A DNA stretch of 64,000 nucleotides from a virus (lineage: Duplodnaviria; Caudoviricetes): positions 6,378-70,377 of the IMG/VR virus record IMGVR_UViG_3300010261_000001; one strand, 5' to 3'. Both the position numbers and the translations under genes were made by a program. Positions 20,256 through 30,743 of the stretch are shown here, in pieces. The notes beneath the pieces were generated by a model. That model saw nothing but the letters and a program-made list of their open reading frames with translations, had not been told where the DNA came from and did not search any database. Within the stretch, counting starts at the first letter, position 1; every line of letters begins with the position of its first letter.

Positions 20256-20316
20256 ATTATAATTGTATCATATCCTATCGTGTATTAGTGTTGCAAAAGT
20301 GTGCGAAAGTGTGCGA
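20256..20316 (-). promoter_or_regulatory. Probable late promoter with activator repeats
   Basis: Tandem TCGCACACTT x2 plus a degenerate third copy; TG-A-TACAAT/TATAAT -10 without a -35. Confidence 0.6.
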
Positions 20317-20954
20317 TAACATACGGTATAATCTAATGCTGTTTCGTATTTATCATTTCTTATCAAATTATCTTCAGTCTTTGCTAAAACACCATGCATG
20401 CACAACGCTTGTATGATACTGTAAAAGTTTTATAGTAAGGTTTGCCTATTTTAAGATGTTTTATGCATTGTTTTAGGTGGTATTTGGTATTTTTAGGCAA
20501 ACCTTGATAGTTTTTAATTTACCAACCTGTAAATTCGTCTAAATTTTCAATTTCTTCTTTTGCCATTTCTGTTAATCCCCATTCAAATCCTAATGCTTCT
20601 ATTTTTTCTCCAACTTTTAGATTTTTTATTTCGTATAATATATTATCTTTGATGTTCATCTTTTCTTCTTCTGTTTTATCGTTGTAATAAAGTTCATCTA
20701 ATTCTAATGATATTTCTTCTTCTATTGTGCCAAAGTTATCATGTATACAACCATTACCACCCACTATTCTTTGAGTATAAACCTTCATTCTACATTCCCC
20801 TTTCTTCTCTAGCTTATCTAATGCTTTCTCTAATTCTCCTGTTCTCTCATGATGTAAACAAGAGTAATATTTACCATTGACACATATACAAGCATGGTCT
20901 AAAGGTATTTCTTTTCCACATACAATACATTTATTTACCATTTTATATTCCCTC

Positions 20955-21275
20955 CTATAAATGTGGATTTATGCACTTATCATCTATATAGACATCTGCA
21001 TATATCTTTCTTCCTGTATCTCCGTATGGATTGAGTGGATTCTCGTTTATATAGTCAAACTCAATTCCTCGTTTCTTGCACCATTCAACTGCTTCTGTTA
21101 GGTATTTTCTTTCAGGTTCATCCTCTCGACATGTCCATAATATTATTATGTGACCTTCTTCTTTCAACTTTCTAACCATTTCGTGTACTTCTTTGTGAAT
21201 GTTTTTAACTTCTCCTATTTCAGGAAATGCACTCTCACAAAGGCATCCGTCAAAGTCTACTGCGACAAATTTCAT
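20955..21275 (-). CDS. HAD-superfamily hydrolase
   Basis: VDFDGCL, WTCR, YIDDK motifs. Confidence 0.85.
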   Translation of the reverse strand: MKFVAVDFDGCLCESAFPEIGEVKNIHKEVHEMVRKLKEEGHIIILWTCREDEPERKYLTEAVEWCKKRGIEFDYINENPLNPYGDTGRKIYADVYIDDKCINPHL

Positions 21276-21701
21276 TTAATCTACCTCCTTATATGGCTCT
21301 GGTAATGGTCTCCATGCTTTTACATATCTTTGAATTAAAAATTCTGGCATATCTTCCCCATCAAATACTGAAAACTCATTATTATAAGCTTTGAGTTCTT
21401 CCTTTTCTGAAAAATATAAATATCCTACCACTTGTATTTCTTTACCTTCGCTATTTCTTAAAAATAAAAGAACATGTTTATTCTTTTCTGGTAATCTTTC
21501 ACTTGTTGGTATCCATCTATTAGTTAATTGTTTTTCTAGTGAATTTATCACAGTTTCTATCGCAACGTTTCTTTCCTCGATCTTTATATCGTATTTAAAA
21601 TCACTAATACCTAATCCTACTTGAGTTCTACACATTCCCCTATGTTCCCTGTCTCTGTCTATCCATTCCTTTAATAATTTTATTGCTTTTTCAACATCCA
21701 T
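21276..21701 (-). CDS. DUF551-like protein
   Basis: WIPTSERLPE...AWRPLPEPY. Confidence 0.75.
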   Translation of the reverse strand: MDVEKAIKLLKEWIDRDREHRGMCRTQVGLGISDFKYDIKIEERNVAIETVINSLEKQLTNRWIPTSERLPEKNKHVLLFLRNSEGKEIQVVGYLYFSEKEELKAYNNEFSVFDGEDMPEFLIQRYVKAWRPLPEPYKEVD

Positions 21702-22492
21702 TAATTATCACTCTCCCATGGAAACTCTTGTACAAAATCTTGTCCCATTAATTCTCTTAGGCTTTCCTTCATAAATATTGGTACTCCTGCATTTCTGCAT
21801 TGCTCTTTTATCTCCATTATCCATTCTTTTTTAGGGATAACCTTGTCTTTTCTGTTGCCCGTTTCTGCTCCTATTATTACCCAATCTGTAAAAAAATCCG
21901 GATTCACTAGTTCCCCAAATGGCTCTAATATTGGCTCTATGCTAATAAAACTTTTAAAATTCATATCTTTAAACCATATAAATTCATCCCTCGAAGTAGT
22001 GCAAGTAGTGCCAAGCCATAAATTATCTCTATTTGGTAATATGTTTTTATCGTATAATTTTATATACCTGCCTGGATTCTTAGTTAAAAACAAATATCTA
22101 TGCTGCGGAGCTTTCTCACATGCCTTAAATACTTTTTGTATCCATTCATCTGGCACCCATTCTCCAAATAAGTCGGCCATACTACATACGAATATATTTA
22201 CACCTTTGGTCTTTCTTGAAGGTTCATCTAATCTGTATTTATGGAATGTAGGGTAAAAATCATAAGGATATGGATTATCTCGCTTATAATGTAATTCGAC
22301 CACCCCTTTCTCATCTCTATGCTCTCCAAACCTATTGGCAATTCTTCTAGCATAGCAATATTCACACCCATGCAAGCACCCTGTAACTGGGTTCCAGCTA
22401 TAATCGCACCAATCTATTTTTGTTTTATTCATTCTATTTCCTCCATTTCTTGTTTTCTCTGTTCTTCTGCCATCTCTAATTCTTTGTACCAT
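21701..22492 (-). CDS. DUF5131 (gp37/gp68) radical-SAM-like protein
   Basis: WNPVTGCLHGCEYCYA CxxxCxxC; FVCSMADLF. Confidence 0.85.
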   Translation of the reverse strand: MVQRIRDGRRTEKTRNGGNRMNKTKIDWCDYSWNPVTGCLHGCEYCYARRIANRFGEHRDEKGVVELHYKRDNPYPYDFYPTFHKYRLDEPSRKTKGVNIFVCSMADLFGEWVPDEWIQKVFKACEKAPQHRYLFLTKNPGRYIKLYDKNILPNRDNLWLGTTCTTSRDEFIWFKDMNFKSFISIEPILEPFGELVNPDFFTDWVIIGAETGNRKDKVIPKKEWIMEIKEQCRNAGVPIFMKESLRELMGQDFVQEFPWESDN

Positions 22493-22630
22493 TGTCTTAT
22501 ATGTTTCTCATCTATAAAAAGCCTAACAGGTCTAAAATCTTCATCTGGTGGATTGTTTTTTATGTCTGATTTTTCCATCACTACTGTATTTTCACGATAT
22601 AAATAAGCCATCAATCCTCTTATCATAGCT

Positions 22631-23068
22631 TTATTCCTCCTTTGCTCCCTTCTTGTAATTACAACATTCTTTATTGGTATAATGGTCTATTTCTGTAGGG
22701 TCAAATGCCCTTTCACAATGAGGGCATCTTGGCATCATGCCCCTCATGTATGAATTTTGTAAATCTCTAAATGCATTCATTCTAAATCTTTTGTTGTGTA
22801 GTGAGTTTATCTCCTTTATATATTCATTCTTTTTCTCTATTAGCTCGTTTCGCTCTTTATTAAGTCGCTCTTTTTCCTCGTTGTACCACTCTATATTTTC
22901 AGCTAAACCTACCAAGGCATCGAACGGGTGTATATAAGCACCACATTTGGTACATTGAACTAATCTATTAGTTGTATCAATCTCATATGCTGGTGGGTCG
23001 CACCTGCATATTTTCTGTGCATTTTTATTGATTCTCATTATGTTAAAGTCAATGATTTTATTAGTCAT
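22631..23068 (-). CDS. Zn-finger phage protein
   Basis: CxC, CxxC pairs. Confidence 0.6.
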   Translation of the reverse strand: MTNKIIDFNIMRINKNAQKICRCDPPAYEIDTTNRLVQCTKCGAYIHPFDALVGLAENIEWYNEEKERLNKERNELIEKKNEYIKEINSLHNKRFRMNAFRDLQNSYMRGMMPRCPHCERAFDPTEIDHYTNKECCNYKKGAKEE

Positions 23069-23082
23069 ATATGAACTCCCCC

Positions 23083-24066
23083 TTATAAGTCGTTTATGGT
23101 TAATTGTCTTGTCCTATGTTCAACTTCTCCATAGAATATTTTTCTAAATATGCTTTCAAAGATTGTTACTGGTATTGAGTTACCCGCTTGGTGATATAAT
23201 GCTCCATTTAAACAACCTTCTCTGCCTGGATGAACTGCTAATGCTCTTTCAAAATCTTCATCAGAATATCCTTGCAATCTCCAACATTCTCTTTCAGTTA
23301 AATATCTGTATCTGCCATCTCCTAGGTCAATGACCCCACTGTTCGGACTTCTCATTTGCTTAGTAGTTATGGTCCAACAAAAATCATCTATTATACGCAC
23401 TCTACCATTGAAAGTTGAATCGCTTTTCTTGTTTATCACTTTCAACATGCTAGGTTGAGTTACTATATATTTTTCTTCCTCTGTATCTTCTAAGAATTCT
23501 TTTATATGTGGTGGTTCTGTTCTAATTAGATCATCAAAGTTGAATTTAGTACCATCTAGGCACGAAATAGTAAATACCCTATCTCTATTTTGCGGCAATC
23601 CAAAATCCATAGCATTTAATATTTCGTATGAATTTGTATATCCTAATTGCTTCATCTTAGACAAATATTTATTAAAATTGTGTACCATATGCTTAGACAA
23701 TGCATTTTTTACATTCTCCCATATTACAATCCTTGGTTTCCATACTCCCATTTGCTCAATAATATGAAGTGTTTCCCACATAAGGCTTGACCTAGTACCG
23801 CTGTTAGGGTCTGCTCCTTTCTGGTAACCAGCTATACTAAAATCTTGACAAGGTGAACCATGGATTAATATGTCGGGTTTCAAATTCCAACCTCTTACAT
23901 CTTGGGTCCTATACCTTAAATCTTCTTCGAACATTGCATTGTAACTTTTTACTGCTTTTTCATCTATTTCGACATAATCTATTGATTTAACTGGAATACC
24001 GATATTTCTAAGGGCTATTCTCGGACTTCCTATTCCGCCAAATAACTCCAATATTTGAACTGTCAT
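23083..24066 (-). CDS. DNA (cytosine-5) methyltransferase
   Basis: ELFGGIG, GSPCQ, ENV, QNRDR, QAGNS motifs. Confidence 0.93.
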   Translation of the reverse strand: MTVQILELFGGIGSPRIALRNIGIPVKSIDYVEIDEKAVKSYNAMFEEDLRYRTQDVRGWNLKPDILIHGSPCQDFSIAGYQKGADPNSGTRSSLMWETLHIIEQMGVWKPRIVIWENVKNALSKHMVHNFNKYLSKMKQLGYTNSYEILNAMDFGLPQNRDRVFTISCLDGTKFNFDDLIRTEPPHIKEFLEDTEEEKYIVTQPSMLKVINKKSDSTFNGRVRIIDDFCWTITTKQMRSPNSGVIDLGDGRYRYLTERECWRLQGYSDEDFERALAVHPGREGCLNGALYHQAGNSIPVTIFESIFRKIFYGEVEHRTRQLTINDL

Positions 24067-24423
24067 TCATAGCCCCCTTCCTTAGTACTGCCCTATATTT
24101 ATTAATGTTAGTATCAGGTCATGTAATTCGTTCCAATTGTAATGTTTTTCTTCGCCTGTGTATAATTCTATTGTTATTCCTTTACTATCGTGGGACTGTC
24201 TTATTCCTCCACTTGCTCTAAATGAATATCCGCCTACGCCGTATTCATCCTTTAGAAGTTTTATTCTTTCACTTTTAGTAATATCTTTCTTATACATTTC
24301 TTTTATTCTTTTCTTTCCATCTTCAAAGCCGCTCCCCCTTTTTAAATCTTCCATTATAGTTTTTTGAAATTTTTCTTCTAGAGAATCTTCAAATAGTGAC
24401 ATTTGTAACATCTATATCAACTC

Positions 24424-24966
24424 CTATACCATCATTTCAAATAGTGATATCTGACCTTCTTTTGGTTCTTCCTCTACTCTTTCTCTACATTTTTTAAAGC
24501 TATCAAGGTATCGTTCATATCCTTCGTGCCTTCTCATTGCCACTAAATCATCTTCTTTTATATAATCTTCTAGTCCTCTACAATAGCCAATAACGTTGTC
24601 TATTGCCGTTTGCTCTATCTGCCTTTTGTTAAGCATATTTATTGCCTTTAAAAGATATTGATAATCTTCGTTGGCTTTATATTCTTTTAATGCTATCTTT
24701 GCATTTTTTCTTATTTCATCTGCTCTAGCCATATACTCCTGGTCTACCTCCGGTGGAGTTTCTCTATAATAAATATCTGGAAGTTCTAATTCGTCTTTTT
24801 CGCATAATTCCTTTATTCTTCTTTTTTCATTGAATATATGATTTCTAACTAGATTCATATTGCAACCATCTTCCCAAAATGGGTCTTGCCCTCCATATTC
24901 CTTTAAATGTTCCCATCTATTAAAGCTATCTTCCAGTTCTTTAATTAACTTTTTTAATTCTTTCAA
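24424..24966 (-). CDS. Conserved phage protein
   Basis: GGQDPFWEDGCNMNLVRNHI; TTG start after GGAGGGG. Confidence 0.65.
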   Translation of the reverse strand: MKELKKLIKELEDSFNRWEHLKEYGGQDPFWEDGCNMNLVRNHIFNEKRRIKELCEKDELELPDIYYRETPPEVDQEYMARADEIRKNAKIALKEYKANEDYQYLLKAINMLNKRQIEQTAIDNVIGYCRGLEDYIKEDDLVAMRRHEGYERYLDSFKKCRERVEEEPKEGQISLFEMMV

Positions 24967-25063
24967 ACCAAACCCCTCCAAAAATGCTATACTAAAATTG
25001 TGTGTGCTTGTGGAGAAGCCCTTCGGTCGCCAAACTTTTGGGACTTCCCCTTGCACTCACACC

Positions 25064-25846
25064 CTATTGACCTATCATCATTTGGTCTAATGGCATACTT
25101 ACTTGAATACTGCTTAACATTATGTCTTTAGCCTTTCTATAAATAAATCTATCTATCTCAAAACCATAGCTATGTCTATTTGTTTCTGCTGCTGCTTTTA
25201 GTGTTGTTGCACTCCCTGCAACCGGATCTATTACTACATCCCCTTCATCTGTAAATATTGATATTAGCTTCTTTAATAGCGGAATTGGTTTTTGTGTCGG
25301 ATATATCTTTGGTGTATCTTTATCTGTGGGCCATTCCATCCAATTAAATATCATCTTCCCATTGTTATTGAATTTAGGAAGTTTATCTCTATACAAAACT
25401 ACTGCATGCTCTGTTGCTCCTACTATTTTCATATTTGCTTTTAGAACCTGTGGGCTATAGTTTTTTATAAAGAATAGAGGGTAGTCATGGTTGAATCCAT
25501 ATCTTTTACCTGTGTCAATTAGCATCTGCATTTGGTCGAATGCACAAAATACAATCATTGCTGGTGCTTGTCCTCGTTCCTTTGGCTCTTTTTTAAGTAA
25601 TTTACTACAAAAGTGCATATATTCTACTAGATTGAAATTGCTGTCACTGTTAAAGAATTGTTTACCCGCTTTCTTGCTTTTGCCTTTCTTATTATCTCCG
25701 TCAATGTACCATTCTGTACTTGAAGCATATGCATTTACCCCTAAATTGTATGGAATATCAGCTATAACCAATTGTGCCTTTGGTATGTTATAACGCTTAT
25801 AATTTTGAAAATTGTCATGATATAATTCACATTTTATGTTTTGCAC
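25064..25846 (-). CDS. DNA N6A/N4C methyltransferase (beta class)
   Basis: DIPY catalytic motif, PTQKP, DPVAGS. Confidence 0.85.
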   Translation of the reverse strand: MQNIKCELYHDNFQNYKRYNIPKAQLVIADIPYNLGVNAYASSTEWYIDGDNKKGKSKKAGKQFFNSDSNFNLVEYMHFCSKLLKKEPKERGQAPAMIVFCAFDQMQMLIDTGKRYGFNHDYPLFFIKNYSPQVLKANMKIVGATEHAVVLYRDKLPKFNNNGKMIFNWMEWPTDKDTPKIYPTQKPIPLLKKLISIFTDEGDVVIDPVAGSATTLKAAAETNRHSYGFEIDRFIYRKAKDIMLSSIQVSMPLDQMMIGQ

Positions 25847-26474
25847 ATTATCACCTTCCTAGTAGTAGTTAGTAGTTTCTTTTGCTTGAGTCTATTTCCT
25901 CAACTAAGTTGACATTGCTCATATTTACTAAATGTTGATGTCCTTCCCTTGTTCTTACTAATGCCATGTTGCCCGATTGTTCTATCTCTGTTACATTGTT
26001 AAAATTTCTTGAAGTAGACAAGCTGTTGAACCATATTTTTATCGTCGCATTGTCGAATTCTGCTTTCATCCTAAACCTCCTTAATTGTGTATTCTCTTGT
26101 CATAAAGTCTACTTTTAAAAAACATTCTACATATCCACTATTGCTTCTAAATATATAAAACCTATCAGCTTTTTTAAGCAATGTTCCTGTGAATCTATTG
26201 CCACCGTTTTTCCTGTGCCTTCCTGTGTATTTGATATTATATTTTTTGCCTTCTTTTAGTTCGTTATCTAATTCTTTAAAACTTGCTAAAGCTGAATTAC
26301 TTTTCTGTTTTACATTTTCTTTTTTCTTTTCTATGAGTCCTTTATCTCTTAGTATTCTTACTTTGTAATCATAAACACTTCTTGTTATTCCTAGCTTTTT
26401 AGCCATTTCATCATAAGTGAATTTTTTATAGTTTTCGATTATGAATTTATCATCAGCATCAATATCCATTTTAA

Positions 26475-26918
26475 TCACTCCTTGATTACTGCCATTTCTG
26501 GATTGTCCCAACGATTGCCTAGAATCTTCATGGTGTCATCTTCTTCTCCTTCTTTGCACTCTATATTCCATAGCCATAGTGAGTGATACCTTATTCCTCC
26601 TAATATTTTTTCAGCTATATACCATCCGTACTGGTGCAATACTACTTCGCCTGTATATTCCCTTATTCCCTCTATTTCTTCTCTGCCACAATTGGTATAT
26701 ATTGTTTCTCTAACTTTAACGATATCGCCTTGGAATACTTTCTTTTGGTGAATATCTTTTATACCGATGTATTGTCCTATGGTTTCAGGTATAACCTTCA
26801 CGAACTCACCACAACATTTAACTTCTATTTCTGATATTTGATTGTCTCTGCCATATGAGGGCAGTCCATAATGCCAAACCCTATTTTCACCTAGTCCTCT
26901 AAATTCAACTTCCATCAT
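26475..26918 (-). CDS. YopX family protein
   Basis: EFRG..., VIPETIGQYIG, GDIV, ILGNRWDNPE. Confidence 0.8.
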   Translation of the reverse strand: MMEVEFRGLGENRVWHYGLPSYGRDNQISEIEVKCCGEFVKVIPETIGQYIGIKDIHQKKVFQGDIVKVRETIYTNCGREEIEGIREYTGEVVLHQYGWYIAEKILGGIRYHSLWLWNIECKEGEEDDTMKILGNRWDNPEMAVIKE

Positions 26919-27475
26919 TGCTCTACCTCCACCCTTTCAAATTCGATAACCCACACCCAACTTTCTTCTGTACATTCTGGATATATTTCTAATATTGCTT
27001 TGATGAATTCTTCTCTTGAATTAAATCCTTCTTTGATTGCCTGCTCTTCTGTTATATCCATAATCCTCTCAACCCTTACATCCGTTACTTTTAAAAATAT
27101 CCTTGCTGCTGTCTTAGGCATATGAATTGATGGTTTCCATTTTACTATGTCTTCATCTAAATATTTGTAGTCAGCTCTGTAAAGAATGTCGTACGCTCTT
27201 GGTTCAGGTTCAAACAATATTTCTGTTGTATCTGCTCCATAGCACCATGTTTCCCTAACATAAAGAATATCTCCAACTTTGTATGGTGGTCGCTTTATTC
27301 CACCTGGATAATAAATATAATCCGTTGCTCCGCTTTCAGGTAAATGTCCAGTCATTCCTTCTGGAAATTTTATAACTCTTCTAGTACAAGTCTTTCTACC
27401 ATCCAGTATTGCCTTCACCATTTCTGTATTAAACAAAATGAGCTTCCCTACCTTTAGCAATTCTTCTCTAGTCAT
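26915..27475 (-). CDS. ASCH/PUA-like protein
   Basis: MVKAILDGRKTCTRR, VGDILYVRETW, WKPSIHMP. Confidence 0.75.
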   Translation of the reverse strand: MTREELLKVGKLILFNTEMVKAILDGRKTCTRRVIKFPEGMTGHLPESGATDYIYYPGGIKRPPYKVGDILYVRETWCYGADTTEILFEPEPRAYDILYRADYKYLDEDIVKWKPSIHMPKTAARIFLKVTDVRVERIMDITEEQAIKEGFNSREEFIKAILEIYPECTEESWVWVIEFERVEVEQ

Positions 27476-28426
27476 TCTTTATCTCTCTCCTTTCCAATTC
27501 AACAATTTCACATGAAGTAGTAACATAATCAACTCTTCTACCTATAAGATATTGAAGCACATCTTCTATATCATCAATTAATACACTTTTTATAAAAGCT
27601 CCTTGGCTTATTGGTAATTCTCTTACCGTTATTGGATAAGGTATATCTAAACCTAACTTATCAGCTGTACCTACGATTACATCAACTCTTTGCGTATCTT
27701 TACATACGATATATTTCCACTCTTTATTTGACATTTTGACTAATTCCGTTGTTTTCCCTTGTCCTCTATCTGCTCTTATGATTTTCATTTACTCCACCTC
27801 GCCTTTTGTTTTTTTACTAAATGCCCATACAGGACAACTGCCCTTCTTTCTTTTATAACTTTCAAGCCACCAACCCGCACAAGGTTCTCCATCATCATTT
27901 ATCCCAGCTCTCCATTTTACATACATTTCTAAAACTTCATATTGCCCTATTTCTTTTCCGACTTTGTCAGGTTCACATTCTCTTTCAAATACTTCTATTG
28001 CTTCTTGTTTGGTGTATTTTTCTGCATTAACTGCAAAATCTTCCCATCCCCCATAAAAACTAGCATATTCAAATTTACTCACCTATTCCACCTCGCCTTT
28101 TATTTCTAGTAATTCTTGTATAATTGCACTTGCTTCCTGTTTAGTTAAGCTGTCAATGTCAACCTCTGGCTCTTGCCCTAATTCTTCATAAAGACTTAAT
28201 ATAAAATTCTTTTGGTTAACAGTTATCACCTATTCCACCTCCCTTTTTAATAGAATTCGCTATAATCCTTTGGTTTTATATAAAGCAGATGTACATTGCC
28301 GAGATATGTTTTTTCTATTTTAATAATGTTTTCTTTTGGTATTTCTTTGTAATTGAGGAAATCAATCAGTAGTTGATAACTGCTAAAACATTTATATTTA
28401 TACTCATAATCTAAGCAATCCTTCAT

Positions 28427-28975
28427 CTATTCCACCTCCACTAACTTCATCACATAGTCATACATATCTACTGTGATTTTACTTATGCTTTGTATCTTCT
28501 CTATTGCTTCTCTTCTCCGTCTCTTTGCCTGATCTTTGCTCATGTAGTTATCTCTCTTTAGCTGTTCTAGTACTTCAGCCCAAGTTCTATTTTCTATATA
28601 GAATAACTTTAGTATCTTTTGCTGTGTAGGAGATAATCGCTTAAATGCTATGTCTAGCTTGTCATTAACCAATTCAATATAAAGTTTTTCTTCTAGTAGA
28701 TGTTTTTTAGTTTCTTTCATGTCCTTGTCCCACATCTGCTCTGCATTAAGTGCCGTATCTCCTGTTGTATCGCTTAATTTACCCGAATGTGGAGAATCGC
28801 TTAATACTTTATTTCCTATGATTTTAGTGTAAATATCATCGTCTGTAATCCCTGTTTTACTTGTACATTCATATAGTTCCAGTTCTCTCTCTAGGCTTTC
28901 TCTTATGCCTTGCAAAGTCGGCCACTTCTTAAAAAGTTCTTCTGTTTGAATGTAGCTAATATATTCCTGTGCCAC
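28427..28975 (-). CDS. ArpU/RinA/sigma-region-4-like transcriptional activator
   Basis: C-terminal LSPTQQKILKLFY..TWAEV HTH. Confidence 0.65.
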   Translation of the reverse strand: MAQEYISYIQTEELFKKWPTLQGIRESLERELELYECTSKTGITDDDIYTKIIGNKVLSDSPHSGKLSDTTGDTALNAEQMWDKDMKETKKHLLEEKLYIELVNDKLDIAFKRLSPTQQKILKLFYIENRTWAEVLEQLKRDNYMSKDQAKRRRREAIEKIQSISKITVDMYDYVMKLVEVE

Positions 28976-29800
28976 AATTTCACCCCTTTACCAGCTTTTA
29001 AACATTTGATTATATGATGTTCTTAGATATCCTTTCTTAAACCTTTTTTCCCTTTTGGTTTTGCCTAAATCTTGCTTGAGTATTCCTCTTTGTTTTTCAC
29101 TATTTGCTATGAGTATCTCCCTGAAGTTTCCCCCAAGGAAATACAGTTCAACTATTTGGTCTATGAGTTTATTCATCTTTCATCACCAATCCTTGCAATA
29201 AAATCAATTGCATTTTGTAACTCCTCAATAGTTTTCTTTACATCCGATATAGAACTAAAGTCTATTTCGTCCATGTTTTCTGCATCTTCAATACTTACAT
29301 AATATTTTTCTATGTCTGCGTCTATCTCGTCATCTTCTCTTTCCCATATGTTTAATTCATATTCGTTGCAATTAGTACCTGTAAATTGAAATCTCTTTTT
29401 TAATATTGCCATTTATTTGTCCCCTTTCTCCATGTAACGCTTATTGTCCTTGCCTTGTTGTCGCCTTTACGTTAGAGTTAAATTGTTCTAAACATTTAAC
29501 TCTAGCTTGCAAATTATTTATCTTTCATCATCTCTCTTAGATGTTCATTGTATCTTGTTAAGCTTGCGTTCTTTGTTATTAGGTCCAGAGCTTGTTTCTC
29601 TAATTCGCTTATTTTCATCAGCTGTTCATTACTGTCGCATATGTCTTGTCCCATTTGTAAGTGTTTTTCTGTATATTCTTTATCTATCTTTGCTCTTTGA
29701 AGATTTAATGTTAGTAAGATGAAGTTGAATCCTACATTTATGAAACAATATATCGTTAATGCTATTTCCCATAATTTCATTTAATTTACCTCCTTTTTTC

Positions 29801-29828
29801 ATTGCGTATAATGCTGGTTATGTGTCTT
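29801..29828. repeat. dif/Xer-like site 3
   Basis: ATTGCGTATAA-TGCTGG-TTATGTGTCTT. Confidence 0.7.
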
Positions 29829-30390
29829 ATCTGATTAAAATTAACGGATTGTCTACACCTTTTAACTTTAAAAGTTTATATCGTTCATAATGACTTAGCT
29901 TTCTAATTTTACCTATTGTTTCATCTGAAAATTTATCTAAATTCCTTTTAAAATATTTAAAATTCCCCTTCTTTTTAGATAGTCCTAACTTGTTTAATAT
30001 TAGATTTTCTAAATCTTTGCAAGATGATAGCCCATTGTTTACATCTTTTATTAACTGAGCTTTTACATGTTCTCTTATAGATGTATCTTCTACAAGTTGA
30101 GTCTTTAACTTCTTAAACTTACTTTTAGCATGTTTAGCATTATTGAAACGATACATATTAAACTTTCCTTTAAAAAAAGCATGTTTAGCATTATTTATTG
30201 AATTGAAAGCCCCATTCACTTCAGAAGAATAATAAAACTCATGTACTGTTAGGCTTATTGGTAGCTTTTCTTCTTTTGGACATATGTCATACTCACATTC
30301 TCCAATTCCACAGCACTTACAGCATTCAAATCCTTCTAACACTCCACAACTTACTGTATACTTTCTACAATCTTCACAACTCATTTCCAT
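29827..30390 (-). CDS. Cassette gene, Cys-rich N-terminus, unknown function
   Basis: 187 aa; bounded by dif-like sites. Confidence 0.65.
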   Translation of the reverse strand: MEMSCEDCRKYTVSCGVLEGFECCKCCGIGECEYDICPKEEKLPISLTVHEFYYSSEVNGAFNSINNAKHAFFKGKFNMYRFNNAKHAKSKFKKLKTQLVEDTSIREHVKAQLIKDVNNGLSSCKDLENLILNKLGLSKKKGNFKYFKRNLDKFSDETIGKIRKLSHYERYKLLKLKGVDNPLILIR

Positions 30391-30404
30391 TCCTCCCTTT
30401 TTTC

Positions 30405-30432
30405 ATTGCATATGATACTTGTTATGTGCATT
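30405..30432. repeat. dif/Xer-like site 2
   Basis: ATTGCATATGA-TACTTG-TTATGTGCATT. Confidence 0.7.
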
Positions 30433-30698
30433 TAATCTAACCCCAATTCTACCATAGTTCTTTTACTCATTATCAAATCACTATCTAATCCATAGATAAC
30501 AATATTATCACTAACAATACTTGGTAATCTTAACAAATCATCTATACAATTAATTGTTAAATCTGCTTTAAATATTCCTTCATCATCAACTCTTACATTA
30601 TCAAATGTCACTTCACCAGTTAATGCCTTGATAAAATATTCCTTTTGAAACTCTAAATCTCCATCCAGTTTAAGTGCTTCCCATAATTCGAATTTCAT
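30432..30698 (-). CDS. Cassette gene, unknown function
   Basis: 88 aa; bounded by dif-like sites. Confidence 0.65.
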   Translation of the reverse strand: MKFELWEALKLDGDLEFQKEYFIKALTGEVTFDNVRVDDEGIFKADLTINCIDDLLRLPSIVSDNIVIYGLDSDLIMSKRTMVELGLD

Positions 30699-30715
30699 AT
30701 TTATCCCCTTTCTTT

Positions 30716-30743
30716 ATTGCATATAAATAACATTATCCGCCCT
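30716..30743. repeat. dif/Xer-like site 1
   Basis: ATTGCATATAA-ATAACA-TTATCCGCCCT. Confidence 0.65.

Noticed and set aside
24967-25056. N-terminal extension of ORF 24424-25056
   Set aside because: Spans the intergenic stem-loop; RBS supports TTG at 24966
29473-29504. TAGAGTTAAAT inverted repeat resembling a XerD arm
   Set aside because: Arms face the wrong way and the spacer is 10 bp; simple hairpin
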